Assembly: GCA_042408215.1 (NCBI GenBank)
Contig: JAYFMW010000020.1
Location: 224,001 to 288,000, forward strand
DNA length: 64,000 bases
Direction: 5' to 3'
Source: Microcoleus sp.
Lineage (GTDB): Bacteria; Cyanobacteriota; Cyanobacteriia; Cyanobacteriales; Microcoleaceae
Position numbers and translations under genes: made by a program. Position 1 is the first letter of the stretch; every line of letters begins with the position of its first letter. Positions 61,945-64,000 of this stretch are shown piece by piece. The notes beneath the pieces were generated by a model. The model worked only from the letters and a program-made list of their open reading frames with translations. It had not been told where the DNA came from and did not search any database.

Positions 61945-63183
61945 CTAGATATTCAGAACCTTCGCCACAGTCTGCACATCCTTATCACCGCGTCCAGAAC
62001 AGTTCAGCACAATGCGCGGATTACCTGTCAACTGCGGACAAAGAGTCTCCAAATAGGCGATCGCATGAGCAGTTTCCAAAGCCGGAATAATCCCCTCCAA
62101 CTGCGACAGCCGTTGAAAAGCATCCAAAGCCTGTGCATCAGTAACACTATAATATTCAGCCCTACCAACATCCTTCAAATAACTATGTTCCGGCCCCACA
62201 CCAGGATAATCCAAACCCGCACTAATCGAATGCGGCTCGATGACTTGGCCCTCATTATCTTGCAACAAATAACTCATCGCCCCGTGCAGAACACCGACAG
62301 TTCCCTTAGTCAAAGTAGCAGCGTGTTTCTCAGTATCCACACCTTCGCCCGCCGCTTCAACACCAATTAACCGCACAGTTTCTTCCCCAACAAACTCGTG
62401 GAAAAGACCCATTGCATTAGAACCGCCGCCCACACAAGCTAATAAAATATCCGGCAAACCAGCCCACTTTTCCTGACACTGAGCGCGGGTTTCTTGACCG
62501 ATAATCGCATGGAAATCGCGCACCATCATCGGGTAAGGATGGGGCCCCGCTACCGAACCGAGAATGTAATGAGTTGTTTCGACATTTGTTACCCAATCGC
62601 GAATCGCTTCAGAAGTAGCATCTTTGAGAGTTCCAGTACCCGCTGAAACACCCCGAACTTCCGCTCCCATCAAGCGCATTCTGAATACATTTAAAGCCTG
62701 TCTTTCCATGTCGTGAACGCCCATGTAGACAACGCATTCGATACCGAAACGAGCGCAAACTGTAGCAGTAGCAACGCCATGTTGACCAGCACCAGTTTCG
62801 GCAATTACTCGTTTTTTGCCCATGCGTTTTGCGAGCAATGCTTGAGCCAAAGCATTGTTAATTTTGTGAGCACCAGTGTGGTTTAAATCTTCGCGTTTGA
62901 GGTAAATTTGCGGGCCGGTTCCGTCTGGTTTAGCGTAGTGCTCTGTGAGGCGTTCGGCGAAATACAATGGGCTGGGGCGGCCGACATAATCCTTGAGTAA
63001 TCCTTGGAGTTGCTTTTGAAATTCGGGTTCGCTGCGGTATTTGTGGAAAGCGGCTTCTAGTTCAAATAAAGCCGGCATCAGGGTTTCGGGGACGTATTTG
63101 CCGCCGAATTTGCCAAATCTACCGAGGGAGTCTGGGCGTTGGGCGGTGGTTTCGGTGGTGAGACGCAGGGGAGTGACAGTCAC
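61945..63183 (-). CDS. trpB: tryptophan synthase beta chain
   Basis: [50 protein letters not shown]; start placed at GTG 63183 because the longer ORF runs into the CRISPR leader. Confidence 0.97.
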   Translation of the reverse strand: MTVTPLRLTTETTAQRPDSLGRFGKFGGKYVPETLMPALFELEAAFHKYRSEPEFQKQLQGLLKDYVGRPSPLYFAERLTEHYAKPDGTGPQIYLKREDLNHTGAHKINNALAQALLAKRMGKKRVIAETGAGQHGVATATVCARFGIECVVYMGVHDMERQALNVFRMRLMGAEVRGVSAGTGTLKDATSEAIRDWVTNVETTHYILGSVAGPHPYPMMVRDFHAIIGQETRAQCQEKWAGLPDILLACVGGGSNAMGLFHEFVGEETVRLIGVEAAGEGVDTEKHAATLTKGTVGVLHGAMSYLLQDNEGQVIEPHSISAGLDYPGVGPEHSYLKDVGRAEYYSVTDAQALDAFQRLSQLEGIIPALETAHAIAYLETLCPQLTGNPRIVLNCSGRGDKDVQTVAKVLNI

Positions 63184-63249
63184 GGACTTTGTGGGGATAA
63201 TAGGACAAATTTCATTATATCGAGTCGATGGGGCTGTGGGCGATCGGGT

Positions 63250-63432
63250 AATTTTGCGAGGGCTGGCAAAATCGCTGGGATGGCGGAAGTTCGTTCTATC
63301 CTTCGATATATTGTCCTGCAAGGGTTTCAGCGATTTTTATTGTGGGTGACAGCTTGTTTTTAGAGAGATTTTTGGGAGTCCTCGCAAATGGCCTCTGGAC
63401 ACGTTGCGCTGTATGGGGTGTATAATGAAGCT
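63250..63432 (+). promoter_or_regulatory. putative CRISPR leader
   Basis: Nested inverted repeats (TTTGCGAGG / CCTCGCAAA; AAAATCGCTG / CAGCGATTTT) and TATAAT at 63421, just before repeat 1. Confidence 0.6.
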
Positions 63433-63779
63433 CTCCCCACTCGCTGGGGAAACTAATTGAATGGAAACCAGTTTTGGGTTTGAAAATCTGTCCATTTGAG
63501 CCGATCTCCCCACTCGCTGGGGAAACTAATTGAATGGAAACGAATCTTTGAACGCCTTGGGATTAAAAGCGCGACCAGTTTCAAGTCCCCACTCGCTGGG
63601 GAAACTAATTGAATGGAAACTCTCGGTCCGAATCTTGAATCACTCCTAAGTTGGTGATTGCAGTCCCCACTCGCTGGGGAAACTAATTGAATGGAAACAA
63701 AGTGATGCGTTGTTCCTCGATCGCGCTTTGCATAGATTTGTGCCTCCCCACTCGCTGGGAAAACTAATTGAATGGAAAC
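63433..63779 (+). CRISPR. CRISPR array, 5 repeats / 4 spacers, no cas genes in the window
   Basis: 36-bp repeat (C/G)TCCCCACTCGCTGGGGAAACTAATTGAATGGAAAC at 63433, 63506, 63585, 63663 and 63744 (last has a G>A change); spacers 37, 43, 42 and 45 bp. Confidence 0.97.
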
Positions 63780-64000
63780 TTAACAATTATAAATTCTGTT
63801 CTTGCTAATCCAACGCAATTTTGTCCTTGGGCGAGGGCGGGTTTATTATATTTTTGGTTTCCGACGTAGACTATTTGTAAAACCCGCCCCTACATGACCT
63901 GTAGGGGCGGGTTTTACGAATAATATTTAATACCAACAAACAATCTAGATAAACCCGCCCCCACACAACCGATAATCTAGATTAACCTCATGTGCGATCT

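Noticed and set aside
63184..63321. 46-aa N-terminal extension of TrpB
   Set aside because: Not TrpB-like and overlaps the CRISPR leader; GTG 63183 is more plausible.
60451..63779. Functional link of RNase D (or corA/rnc) to the CRISPR array
   Set aside because: Ordinary housekeeping orthologues with no operon link to the array.

Overview
A 64 kb window of a filamentous cyanobacterial chromosome. The Oscillatoriales/Microcoleus-like assignment is inferred from dense HIP1 GCGATCGC octamers, 7-bp STRR tandem arrays, psb34 and a cyanobacterial rnpB. Housekeeping genes (trpS 5' end, cimA, thiO, thiG, hemY, rnc, rnpB, corA, groEL with CIRCE, murD, glyS, RNase D, trpB) are interleaved with accessory DNA. 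The accessory DNA includes: (1) a three-gene cassette of a TPR-CHAT (caspase-like) protease with six near-identical 138-bp repeats, a small protein and a 2-TM CorA-like protein, a candidate protease-gated membrane defence system; (2) a peptide export locus (HlyD plus C39-ABC transporter) with two double-glycine-leader precursors, one of them (8984..9157, Arg/Tyr/His-rich) missing from the ORF track; (3) an insert between thiO and thiG ending in a CdiA-like nuclease whose probable immunity partner is fused to ThiG; (4) three tnpB genes without transposase and two ORF-less IS200/IS605 mini-elements; (5) palindromic or tandem repeats inserted in-frame into five proteins, including GlyS, and STRR heptamers inside RNase P RNA; (6) a helically phased DnaA-box-like cluster; and (7) a cas-less CRISPR array with a type III-B-like repeat. 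All calls come from reading motifs; no database search was run.
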